Positions 50,681 to 62,594 of a DNA stretch of 64,000 bases are shown piece after piece. This DNA is from Paramoeba atlantica (lineage: Eukaryota > Protista > Discosea), in assembly GCA_977017575.1 (NCBI GenBank), contig CDRNVI010000150.1:1-64000 (forward strand), given 5' to 3'. The notes below the pieces were generated by a model. It did not search any database. It worked only from the letters and a program-made list of their open reading frames with translations, and was not told where the DNA came from. The position numbers and the translations under genes were made by a program. How positions within the stretch are numbered: position 1 is the stretch's first letter; each line of letters starts with the position of its first letter.

Positions 50681-52836
50681 TTATTTCCAAAATTCAATTG
50701 ATTGTTTCCCATAATCTGAAACAACAATTGTTCCAAATGAATCAATAACAACTCCACGAGGATCTTGTATGTGAGCGCTACCAAAGGAAAAAAGAAATGT
50801 TCCATCTTTCTCAAACACACTCACTCTTCCTTCATCACAAACAACAATTCTACCTTCCCCATCCACATGAACACTTCTTGGACAACTTAATGGAGAATCA
50901 CCTGAACCTCTTGTTCCAAAACATCGAATAAAATTCCCTTCAATATCCATCACTTGAATCCGATGATTCAAACGATCAGAAATAACAATATTCCCATCTC
51001 TATCCACCGCAGCGCCAAAAGGATGGTTAAACTGACCTTCAGAAGAACCTTGCGAACCAAAAGAATGAAGAAAAGATCCATCATTATCAAACACTTGAAT
51101 TCGGTGATTGTAAGTATCACAAACAATAATTCTACCTTCTTCATCCACATCCACACCAAATGGTTGATCAAATTGACCATCTTCAGAACCAACCGATCCA
51201 AAAGATTTGATCAATTCTCCTTCTTTGTTTAAGATTACAACTCTCCGAGAATTTTGAGAACAATCAAGAACAACAATTTGATCATTCAATCCAATTGAAA
51301 CATCAACAGGTTCCAACTGAAGTGAATCAATTGTTTTCTGAATTGTTGATTCAATCATCTCATTTCCTTCTTTATCTCTCACTCTCAGTCCATGCTCATC
51401 ACAAATAAAAATATTCCCATCACTGTCCACACTCACTCCAAAAGGTACATTCTCTAAAGGAAAAGAAGAAACAAAACGAAAAGAATCACCACCACCATCA
51501 CAACAAATCACTCCTTTCTTTGGTTTGAGTAATCCAACAACACCTCCTTCAAAAACAATATCATTTGCAGTTTGAAGAAGAGTTGAAAAAAGTTGATCAT
51601 CAAAAAAAAGAGAAACATCGCCAGTTGTTGATGTGTTGGATAAACGAATAATTGAATCTTTTCTTATTCTCAAATCTTCTTTCTCCAATTCTATTTCTTT
51701 CTTTTCAATTCTTTTCTTTTCTAATTTCTCTTCTAATTCTTTCATTTCTTTTTCAATCCTTTTTCTTTTCTTTTCAATCCAAATCAATCTTCTCTCCAAT
51801 CTATCTCCAATCCTCACAACTTCATCCCTCTTCTCCAAAATACTTTCTTCAATCGGTTTCACTTCCTCATTGTGTTGAACATGTGTTTCAAGAATACAAC
51901 GAATACAAACAAAAGAAGAACATTGAAAACAATATCCACTGATTTTTTCAGGAGGGTGTTTTGAACATTCTCTCCTCATCAATTTCTCCAATCCGACCTC
52001 CCATCCTCTTTCACCATCAACACCATCCCTTTCAGATCGTTTGTGATTTCGAGTGAAAATAGAAGAAGAGTGAGATGGATCACAAGAATCACAAATAAAC
52101 ATGTCGCATTTGGAACAATACATTCGAGTTTGTTCTCCACACGTTTCGAAATTTACACATTCTGATTCATCTCCTGTTTTTTTTGTCATTCAAAATATGT
52201 TTTTCGACAACTTGAAATAACTCTCTCTCAAGAGGAAAAAGGAAAAGAAAGAGAGGAACCTGAAGTTGATTGGTTGGAGAAAGAGATCAAATTTGAAGAA
52301 AGAAGAACATCAATCGTTTCTGGAATCAAATAATTCATCGAAAGTGTTTCAACGCTTTCACATTCGTTCACTTCTCGACAAACAGGACATTTCACTCCTT
52401 TCAAAGAGGAAGAAGAGGAAGAAGAAGGAGAGGATGAAGAAGAAGAAGAAGAAGGATTTTGAAGAAGAAAGAGATTGTTGAGACAAAGAGTACAAAAAGA
52501 AAGACCACAACAAGGTAACAACCTTGGTTCTTTTTCCCAATTCATTAATTCTAAACATATTCCACATTCAAATCTTTTCCTTTTCTCTTCTTCTTCCTTT
52601 CTCCTTCTTTTCATCACCCCTTCTTCTCTTTCTCTTTCTCCTTCTCCTTCTCCTTCTCCTTGTTGTTCTCCCGCCGTCTCTTCTTGTTCTCTCTTTCCAA
52701 GAATATCCTCACTTCTTCTTTCTCTTTCTCCTATTTCATCTTCATCATTACGAGTAATTTGCTCTTTCTTTCTCTTTGATTTTTTCCCCTCCTCACTCAC
52801 CACTTCTCTCTTTCTCTTTCCTCTTAGATCACTCAT
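50681..52836 (-). CDS. TRIM-NHL-like E3 ligase copy 1: RING, two B-boxes, coiled coil, NHL propeller (2 exons)
   Basis: RING CGIC..PCCGLSFCTLC..CPVC in exon 1. The phase-1 intron 52259-52174 splices in frame. B-box1 C..C..YCSKCDMFICDSC..H..H, B-box2 CSKH..YCFQCSSFVCIRC..H..H, K/E coiled coil, and NHL repeats GSxGSxxGQFxxPxGVxVD..GRIIVxD..NHRIQVF. Confidence 0.9.
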
Positions 52837-53085
52837 TTCTTTTTGGCCTTATCGAACCAATCCTGAAGTTCACTGAAGAGAAAGCGCAAAGGTCTCAAAC
52901 AAAAGAGGAGGAGCTTCTGAAGAAGGAAATGTGAGGAAAACAAAAAACCACCCAAAAGAAAAACCAACAAACCAATGAGAATCCAAAAAAAAGAGAAAGA
53001 GACAAAAGAGAAACACAAAACAAAGAAAACGGCAAGTTCCCATAGAATTCCTATAAATCTAAAAAAAAGAAAACTTTTCAACCGA

Positions 53086-53157
53086 TCCCTTGTGGTGTAG
53101 TCGGTAACACGGTCGGCTTTCACCCGGCCACCCCGGGTTCGATTCCCGGCAAGGGAG
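53086..53157 (+). tRNA. tRNA-Glu (TTC)
   Basis: Acceptor stem TCCCTTG/CAAGGGA, D stem GTGT/ACAC, anticodon arm GTCGG-CTTTCAC-CCGGC, T arm CCGGG-TTCGATT-CCCGG, poly-T terminator downstream. Confidence 0.96.
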
Positions 53158-53583
53158 CTTACTTTTTTTTTTTTTTTTTCTTTTTCCTTTCAATTTTTTT
53201 TTTTTTTTTTTTTTTTCTTTTTTTTTTCTCAATTTTTTCTTTTTTGGTTTCAATGAATTCTCATTCAAAAACTTTTTCTTGCAATTTGAAATTGGTTTTT
53301 TTTCAAATTGAAAAGTTTTTTGTTTTTTGTGAACAACCAAAATTATTTCTCAGTTTTCCCAGTTTTCTTTTTTGTTTGGTTTTTTTTTGTTCTTTTTTGA
53401 AAAAGTGTCCAGCCTTTCAAAACTTTTGGAATGGAGCTTGAAAAATTATTTTTTTTGGAAGCAAAAAAAATTGTTCTTTCAGTCAAAATCAAAAAATCAC
53501 ATCGCCAAACCATTCTTCAAGTTTGAAAAATGAAACTCAACACAAATTCTTGTCATTCTAAAAAAAAAAAACTTTTCAACCGA

Positions 53584-53655
53584 TCCCTTGTGGTGTAGTC
53601 GGTAACACGGTCGGCTTTCACCCGGCCACCCCGGGTTCGATTCCCGGCAAGGGAG
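53584..53655 (+). tRNA. tRNA-Glu (TTC)
   Basis: Identical to the 53086 copy. Confidence 0.96.
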
Positions 53656-53956
53656 CTTATTTTTATTATTTTTTTTCTTTTTCCTTTCAATTTTTTTTCT
53701 CAATTTTTTTCTTTTTCCCTCTTTTTCCCGCTTATTTTTTTGTTTCCTTTGAAAAAGTCAAAATTGATGTCATTCCCTCATTATTCTGCTTCGTTTCCGG
53801 TTTGATTCCTGGAATATTCCCAGGACAAATTGATGTCATTTCCTCAATTCGGAAAAGTGAATTCTGGATTCATTTCCTTCGCCGAAAACCCAAATCAAAA
53901 CCGAATCATAAGCAGAGCTCAAGTGAATTTATTCGGTTTTTTTTTTCTTTCAAAAC

Positions 53957-54114
53957 CTTTCAAAACCTCTCTTTTTCTCTCAAAAATTCTATTGACAAAA
54001 GACTTTTTAAAATGGGACACCGAATAACAAGTCGATTTTTCGAATATTCAGTGTCCCATGTCAAAAAGTCTTTTGTCAATAGAATTTTTGAGAGAAAAAC
54101 AAAGGTTTTGAAAG
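53957..54114. repeat. 158-bp imperfect inverted repeat (hairpin)
   Basis: Left arm CTTTCAAAACC..CTCTCAAAAATTCTATTGACAAAAGACTTTTT..ATGGGACAC.GAATA pairs with right arm TATTC.GTGTCCCAT..AAAAAGTCTTTTGTCAATAGAATTTTTGAGAG..GGTTTTGAAAG around a short loop. Confidence 0.92.
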
Positions 54115-54332
54115 CTCTGATCATAAATCATTCTCAGTTTTCCCATTTTTGTTCTTGAGGAATCCTTTCCTTCTTTCGAAAAAAACTTTTGGGAAAGCAG
54201 AAACTTGAAAAAATTGGATTTTGAAAAAGTCAAAATCAAAAAATCACATCGCCAAACCATTCTTCAAGTATGAAAAAATGAAACTCAACACAAATTCTTG
54301 TCATTCTAAAAAATCAGTCACTTTTCAACCGA

Positions 54333-54404
54333 TCCCTTGTGGTGTAGTCGGTAACACGGTCGGCTCTCACCCGGCCACCCCGGGTTCGATTCCCGGCAAG
54401 GGAG
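54333..54404 (+). tRNA. tRNA-Glu (CTC)
   Basis: Identical to the two TTC copies except the anticodon loop, CTCTCAC. Confidence 0.95.
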
Positions 54405-54636
54405 CTTCCTTTTTTCTTTTTTTTCCCGCTTTTTTTTTGCTTTTTGTTTCTCTGTGATTTTTAACTTTTGTTCAGTCTTAGTTTGGTTCTTTTTCCCTTT
54501 CATTTTATCCTCTCTCCCTCTCTCACTCTTTTGTCTTGTTTTCTCCTTTCTTCTTCTTTTTGAGGAATTTGGTTTTTGGTTTTTCTCCCTTTCCTTTTTT
54601 TTTTGTTGTTGCTGCTCTCTTTTCCCACAGATAAAA

Positions 54637-55601
54637 ATGAGCGAAAAAAGAGGAAAGAGAAAGAGAGGAGAAACAAAATTGGAAACTGAGAAAAAGAGAA
54701 AAACCAAAAGAGGAAAGAAAGAGAAAGAAGATCAAACAACAGATAGTGGTTATGAAGAAGGAGAAGGAGAAGGAGCCGGAGAAAGAGAAGGAGTGGTGAT
54801 TCGATTCATTTTGTTTCTTCTTTTCCTTTGAAGAAAGGAGCTTTGGGAGTGAGTGTGAACAGTGATGGGAATATTTTTATTTGTGAAGATGACCGATTGA
54901 GAGTGAGAGATAAAGAAGGAAATGAGATGACAATCCAGAAAACAATTGATTCACTTCAGTTGGAACCGGTTGATGTTTCAATTGGATTGAATGATCAAAT
55001 TGTTGTTCTTGATTGTTCTCAAGATTGTTATCAAGTTGTAATCTTGAATGAAGAAGGAGAATTGATCAAATCTTTTGGATCAGTTGGTTCTGAAGATGGT
55101 CAGTTTAATGAACCAAATGGTGTGGATGTGGATGAAGAAGGTCGAATTATTGTTGCTGACTTTGGAAATAATCGAATTCAAGTGTTTGATAATGATGGAT
55201 CTTTTCTTTGTTCTTTTGGTTCGAAAGGTTCTTCTGAAGGTCAATTTGATACACCTTCGCATGTTGTAGTTGATAGAGATGGGAATATTGTTATTTCTGA
55301 TACTTGGAATCATCGGATTCAAGTGATGGATATTGAAGGGAATTTTATTCGATGTTTTGGAACAGAAGGTTCAGGTGATTCTCAATTACGTTATCCAAGA
55401 GGTGTTGGTGTGGATGGGGAAGGTAGAATTATTGTTTGTGAAGAAGGAAATGAAAGGGTGAGTGTATTTGAGAAAGATGGAACATTTCTTTTTTCGTTTG
55501 GTCAAGATCGCATGAAAGATCCTCAAGGGATCGCTATTGATGCATTTGGAACAATTATTGTTTCAAATTTTAGGAACAAGTCGATTGACTTGTGGAAATA
55601 A
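54637..55601 (+). pseudogene. TRIM-NHL-like copy with RING, B-boxes and coiled coil deleted; NHL domain out of frame with ATG
   Basis: MSEKRGKRKRG.. from ATG 54637 joins the pre-NHL linker at GTGGTGAT (54793-54800) and stops at TGA about 54831. An uninterrupted NHL ORF follows in another frame to TAA 55601. Confidence 0.75.
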
Positions 55602-56714
55602 CTTTGAAGAATCAGGTTTTCTTTTTGATTCACAATATTTTTGTTCTTTTTAAAATTGTTCTCATTTTGTGTATTTTGGTTTGATTTTTTTCATTCATCC
55701 GGTATTGAGTGATTCATACCTTCTTTTCCCTCTCTCCCTCCTCTCTCCCTCCTCTCTTTCTCTTTCCTTCCCTCCCTTTTCTTTCCTTTTAGTCTCTGGT
55801 GCATGATGTTGGTGTTCTTCTTCCCAATTTTTCCCTTTGATTTTATCCTCCTTCTTTCAAAACCTTTTTCGATTTTCATCAAGACCAAGAATGACTCTTC
55901 TTTCTTTCTCCCTCACTTCACTCCCTTTGTGTGTGTTTCTCATCTCTTTCTTTCTTCTTCTTCTTTCTTTCCTTCTTTCTTTCTTCATCTCTCAAAATTA
56001 TTGATTTTGGGATTGGGGGGGGAGTTTTCTCAGTTGTGGAATAATATTATTCTCAATGATTTTTTTATTAAAATTTCTTTTTTCCCAAAAATTGTGTTTT
56101 CTCTCCTTCACTCAACCAAAATATTATTCCTTCTTTCCCAACAACAAAAAAAAGAAAAAAAAAGTTGTTTTTGAGAATGTTGATTTTGTATTGAAATTCA
56201 TTCCACAAAAAGAACAGAAAAAATCAAAAAAAAAATCAAAAAAATCTCAACACTTGAAGAAAACAAAAAAAAAAGAAAATATTAAAAAAAAACAAAAGAA
56301 AAAAAAGAGAATTTCACTAACTCAACACACAACAAAAAAACACAAAAGAGAGAGGAGAAGCAAAAATTGAGAAGATTTTTTGAAGGATAAAAATCAAATC
56401 GAAATTGAAGAGGAATGATGATTTGGAAAGAAGAAGACCATGCAGTTCTCCAGACTAAAAGGAGGAAGGGAGGAAGAGGAAGGGGAAAGAGAAATTAATT
56501 TCTTCCAAAAACAAGAAAAAAAAGGAAAACAAAAAGAACAAAAATAATAAATTGACACAAAAAATAAAACAAATCAAAAACAAAAAAAGAAAAAAAGAAA
56601 AAAAAAAAAACAAAGAAACACCTCCCCACTTCTCATTTTCAAGGAAAACAAAATAAAGAGAAAAGAAAATGAAAAAAAAAACGAACCCTCTTCCCTCCTC
56701 CTCTCTTCAAAAAA

Positions 56715-58986
56715 TTATTTCCACAGTTCGATTGTATTTTTCTTCCAATCAGAAACAATAATTGTTCCAAATGAATCAACAACAATCCCAGTAGGATACT
56801 TCATGTGGTGTTGACCAAACGAAAAAAGAAATGTTCCATCTTTCTCAAACACACTCACTCTTTTATTTCCTGTATCACAAACAACAATTCTACCTTCCCC
56901 ATCAACAGCAACACTTCTTGGACAATCGAATTGAGAATCATCTGAACCTTCTGTTCCAAAACATCGAATAAAATTCCCTTCAATATCCATCACTTGAATC
57001 CGATGATTCAAACAATCACAAATAACAAGATTCCCATCTCCATCAACTACACCACAATAAGGTTCATTAAATTGACCTTTAGAAGAACCAAATGAACCAA
57101 AAGAATGAAGAAAAGATCCATCATTATCAAACACTTGGATTCGATGATTGGAAGTATCAGCAACAATAATTCGACCTTCTTCATCCACATCCACACCATA
57201 TGGTTCATTAAACTGACCATCTTCATCACCTTTTGATCCAAAAGAGTTGATCAATTCTCCTTCTTTGTTTAAGATTACAACTCGATGAGAATCTTGAGAC
57301 CAATTAAGAACAACAATTTGATCATCCAATCCAATTGAAACATCAACAGGTTCCAACTGAAGTGAATCAATTGTTTTCTGAATTGTTGATTCAATCATCT
57401 CATTTCCTTCTTTATCTCTCACTCTCAATCGGTCATCTTCACAAATAAAAATATTCCCATCACTGTTCACACTCACTCCAAAAGGTACATTCTCTAAAGG
57501 AAAAGAAGAAACAAAACGAATCGAATCACCACCACCATCACAACAAATCACTCCTTTCTTTGGTCCAACAACACCTCCTTCAGAAACAATATCATTTGCA
57601 GTTTGAAGAAGAGTTGAAAAAAGTTGATCATCAAAAAAGAGAGAAACATCACACTCAGTTGTTGTTGTTGTTGTTGTTGGTGTGTTGGATAAACGAATAA
57701 TTGAATCTTTTCTTATTCTCAAATCTTCTTTCTCTAATTCTATTTCTTTCTTTTCAATTCTTTTCTTTTCTAATTTCTCTTCTAATTCTTTCATTTCTCT
57801 TTCAATTCTTTTTCTTTTCTTTTCAATAAAAATCAATCTTCTATCCAATCTATCTCCAATCTTTACAACTTCATTCCTTTTCTCCAAAATACTTTCTTCA
57901 ATTGATTTTACTTTCTTTCTGTGATCATCATGTGTACCAAGAATACAACAAATACAAACAAAAGAAGAACATTGAAAACAATATCCCCAAATTGTTTCAG
58001 ATGGGTGTTTTGAACATTCTCTCTTCTTCAAATTCTCCAATCCCACTCCCATCACCACCCCCTCCTCCTCCAATCTTCTTCTTCTTCCACCTCCCTCAAC
58101 ACCATCTCTTTCAGATCGGTTGTGATTTCGAGAGAAAATAGTTGAGGTGTGAGATGGATCACAAGAATCACAAATAAACATGTTACAATCAGAACAATAC
58201 ATTCGAGTTTGTTCTCCACACGTTTCGAAATTCACACATTCTCCATTTCCTGTTCAAAAAATATGTTATTCAACAATTTGAAATAGCTTTTTTTCAAAAA
58301 AAAGAGGAAAGAAAGAAAGGAAATAGAGGAAAGAAAGAGAGGGAGTTCAAAAAATGGAAATAAAAACCTGATTGATTGGAGAAAGAGATCAAATTTGAAG
58401 AAAGAAGAACATCAATCGTTTCTGGAATCAAATAATTCATCGAAAATGTTTCAACGCTTTCACATTCATTCATTTCTCGACAAACTGGACATTTCACTCC
58501 TTTCAAAGAGGAAGGAGAGGGAGAAGAAGAGGAGGAAGAAGAGGAAGAAGAAGAAGAAGAGGAAGAAGGATTTTGAAGAAGAAAGAGATTGTTGAGACAA
58601 GGAAAACAAAAAGAAAGACCACAACAAGGTAACAACCTTGGTTCTTTTTCCCAATTCATCAACTCCAAACATATCCCACATTCAAATCTTTTCTTTTTCT
58701 CTTCTTCTTCCTTTCTTCTTCTTTTCATCCCCTCTTCTTCTCCTTCTCTTTCCCTTCCTTGTTCTCTCTTTCCAAGAACATCCTCACTTCTTTTTCTTTC
58801 TTTTTGTTCTATTTCATCATCATCTTTAATCACAACAACATCAACATCTTCTTCTTCAATCACAACAACAACAACATCATCATCAAGAGGAATTTGTTCT
58901 TTCTTTCCTCTTTTTAATTTTTCCCCCTCCTCCTCACTCGCACTTCTCACCACTTCTATCTTTCTCTTTCCTCTTTGATCACTCAT
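56715..58986 (-). CDS. TRIM-NHL-like E3 ligase copy 2
   Basis: ATG 58986 (MSDQRGK). Intron 58367-58250 splices in frame; same domain order as copy 1. Confidence 0.9.
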
Positions 58987-60316
58987 TTTATCTTCTTTTT
59001 TTAATCTCTCTCTCTCCAAATCAAAACAACACCTTTTTCAACGAAAATATATTTAAATGATGAGAGTTGTTGCTGAGAAGTTCAAGTGGGTGTGTGTGTG
59101 TATCAAGAGAGTTCTCTTTTTAAATAAGAGAATTGGTCGCTCTGTGTTAATATCATTTTTAGTGTCCAAATCAAAGAAATGAAATTGTCAAAAGGGGTGA
59201 GAAAAAGAAGAAAATAAAAAAGGGGGATGAAAGGAGAATGGAAAAGGAAATGAAGGGAAAAAGAAACAAACAAAAACCAAACACAAAAAGAAGAAGAAAA
59301 AAAAAGCAAACATTCTCTTGAAAGAAGAAAGAGGGGAACAAAGGCTCGTTCAACGATCGTTGTATATCTCAAAACAAAAAGAGAAGAGAGAGAAAGAGAA
59401 AGAGAAGCAAAGGATTTGGTTTCCAAGAAAGAGATCTCTCTAAAACTCAACAAAAGAAAAGTTTTTTTTTGAAGACAACTCAAACAGAGAGAGAGAGAGA
59501 GAGAATGAGAGAAGAGGGAGACAAAGAAGAGAGAGAGACCCTCCAAACGAAAAAGGAGAGAGAGAGAGAGAGAGAAAGGTCCAAAATGAAGACACAGGCA
59601 ACTGAAGAGGGACAAACGAAAACGAGAGAGAGGGAAGAAAAGGAAACAGAAAAAAACACAAAAGAAAAAAGAAAGGGTCCGAAAAGACGATTCAAAACTT
59701 TTTAAACATCTGAAAAAAACCTTCTTTTTTTTTGTTTTTCCTCTCTTCTGTGTCTTCTCTCTCCCTCTTTCTCTCTCTGTCTCTCTCCTTCCCCTCTCTT
59801 GTGTTGTGTCTTTTTTTTGTTTTTCTTTCTGATGGAGGGGGAGGGGGAGGAATAAAACTTTTTGGTTGATCAAATGAGGGTAATTTTTTTCAATCTTTGG
59901 GAAAAAGGAAATTTTAATAATTATTAAAAATGAGAATATTACTCCCCCAAAGGATGAAGAACTTCAACCCACCCCAAAATCAAAACAAAGAAAGAGAAGA
60001 AAATAGAAGAAAAACAACAACATTGAAGAATGAAAGAAGAAAGAAGAGAGATGGGAAACACAAAAAAAGGTGTCAAAGGGAGGAGAGAGAGAAGAGTCAT
60101 CAATTGGTGTGGAGAAATCGAAAGCGGAAAAGAAGGAGAACCAAAAAAGCGAAGATTGGGAGCGAAAAGACCGCGCAGTCTCTGGAAACTAAACACCCTC
60201 AAAAGAAGAAGAAGGGAGAGAATTATAAAATCCTACAAAAAAATGAGAAAAAAAAGAAATTCAAAAAAAAGGAGAAAAGGAAATGAAAAAAGAAAAAATA
60301 AACCTTCCTCCTCTCT

Positions 60317-62594
60317 TCAAAATGATTTCCAAAATTCAATTGAATTTTTCTCAAAATCTGAAATAATAATTGTTCCAAATGAATCAACAACAACCCCAGA
60401 AGGCTCTTTTATGTGATGTTGACCAAACGAAAAAAGAAATGTTCCATCTTCTCAAACACACTCACCCTTTTGTTTCTGTTTCCTGCATCACAAACAATAA
60501 TTCTACCTTCCCCATCCACAGCAACACCTACACAACCGAATTGAGAATCACCTGAACCAAATGTTCCAAAACATCGAATAAAATTCCCTTCAATATCCAT
60601 CACTTGAATCCGATGATTCCCAAAATCAGAAATAACAATATTCCCATCTCTATCAACTCCAACACTGTAAGGTCGATCAAATTGACCTTCAGAAGAACCA
60701 TAAGAACCAAAAGAACGAAGAAAAGATCCATCATTATCAAATACTTCAATTCGATCATTTCCAGAGTCAGCAACAATAATTCGACCTTCTTCATCCACAT
60801 CCACACCATATGGTTCCTCAAACTGACCATCTTCAGAACCAACTGATCCAAAAGATTTGATCAATTCTCCTTCTTTGTTTAAGATTACAACTCGATAACA
60901 ATCTTGAGAACAATCAAGAACAACAATTTGATCATCCAATCCAATTGAAACATCAACCGGTTCCAACTGAAGTGAATCAATTGTTTTCTGAATTGGTGAT
61001 TCAATCATCTCATTTCCTTCTTTATCTCTCACTCTCAATCCACCCTCACCTCCACAAATAAAAATATTCCCATCACTGTTCACACTCATTCCATAAGGAG
61101 AATTCTTCAAAGGAAAAGAAGAAACAAAACGAAAAGAATCACCACCACCATCACAACAAATCACTCCTTTCTTTGGTTTGAGTAATCCAACAACACCTCC
61201 TTCAGAAACAATATCATTTGCAGTTTGAAGAAGAGTTGAAAAAAGTTGATCATCAAAAAAGAGAGAAACATCACAATCAGTTGTTGTTGTTGTTGTTGTT
61301 GTTGTTGGTGTGTTGGATAAACGAATAATTGAATCTTTTCTTATTCTCAAATCTTCTTTCTCTAATTCTATTTCTTTCTTTTCAATTCTTTTCTTTTCTA
61401 ATTTCTCTTCTAATTCTTTCATTTCTTCTTCAATCCTTTTTCTTTTCTTTTCAATAAAAATCAATCTTCTATCCAATCTCTCTCCAATCTTTACAACTTC
61501 ATTCCTTTTCTCCAAAATACTTTCTTCAATCGATTTCACTTTCTCAATGTGATCATCATGTGTTTGAAGAATACAACGAGGACAAACAAAAGAAAAACAT
61601 TGAAAACAATATCCCCAAATTGTTTCAGATGGGTGTTTTGAACATTCTCTCTTCTTCAAATTCTCCAATCCCATCACTCCCACCACCCCCTCCTTCTCCA
61701 ATCTTCTTCTTCTTCCACCTCCCTCAACACCATCTCTTTCAGATCGTTTGTGATTTCGAGAGAAAATGTTTGAAGTGTGAGATGGATCACAAGAATCACA
61801 AATAAAGACTTTACAATCAGAACAATACATTTGAGTTCGTTCTCTGCATGTTTCGAAATTCACACATCTTCTTTGAATGGCGACTTCTCCTGCTTTGTTT
61901 TTTTCTTGATAAAAACGAAAAACTAAGTCAGTGAAGGCGAAATAACTTTCTCTCAAAAAAAAAAATCCAAAAAAAAAAATCGTTGGAGGAAAAAGTAAAA
62001 AACCTGAAGTTCAAAAAAATGGAAATAAAAACCTGATTGTTGGGAGAAAGAAATCAAATTTGAAGAAAGAAGAATATCAATTGTTTCTGGAATCAAATAA
62101 TTCATCGAAAGTGTTTCAACGCTTTCACATTCGTTCATTTCTCTACAAACTGGACATTTCACTCCTTTTAGAGAGGGTGAAGATGAAGAGGGAGATGGGG
62201 AAGAAGAAGAGGAAGAGGAAGAGGAGGAAGGAGGATTTTGAAGAAGAAAGAGTTTGTTGAGACAAAGAGAGCAAAAAGAAAGACCACAACAAGGTAACAA
62301 CCTTGGTTCTTTTTCCCAACTCATTAACTCCAAACATATTCCACATTCAAATCTTTTCTTTTTCTCTTCTTCTTCTCTTCTTCTCATCATCACCACTTCT
62401 TCTCTTTCTCCTTCTTCTTCTTTTCCAAGAACATCCTCACTTCTTCTTTCTATTTGTTCTTTTTCATCATTCTCCCCAACCACAACAACATCAAGATTAC
62501 TTTGTTCTTTCTTTCCTCTCTTTGATTTTCTTTTCCCCTCCTCACCCCCACTTCTCACCACTTTTCTCTTTCTCTTTCCTCTTTGATCACTCAT
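60317..62594 (-). CDS. TRIM-NHL-like E3 ligase copy 3 (1-bp frameshift in last NHL blade)
   Basis: ATG 62594, intron 62032-61890. At about 60450 the sequence has CATCTTCTC where paralogs have CATCTTTCTC. Restoring one base recovers a paralog-like end ..GTIIISDFEKNSIEFWKSF with stop at 60317-60319. Confidence 0.78.

Noticed and set aside
53761-53845. Two AATTGATGTCATT direct repeats around a near-palindrome TCCTGGAATATTCCCAGGA
   Set aside because: Short, seen once, and not assignable to a gene or element; could be chance or part of the hairpin-associated sequence.
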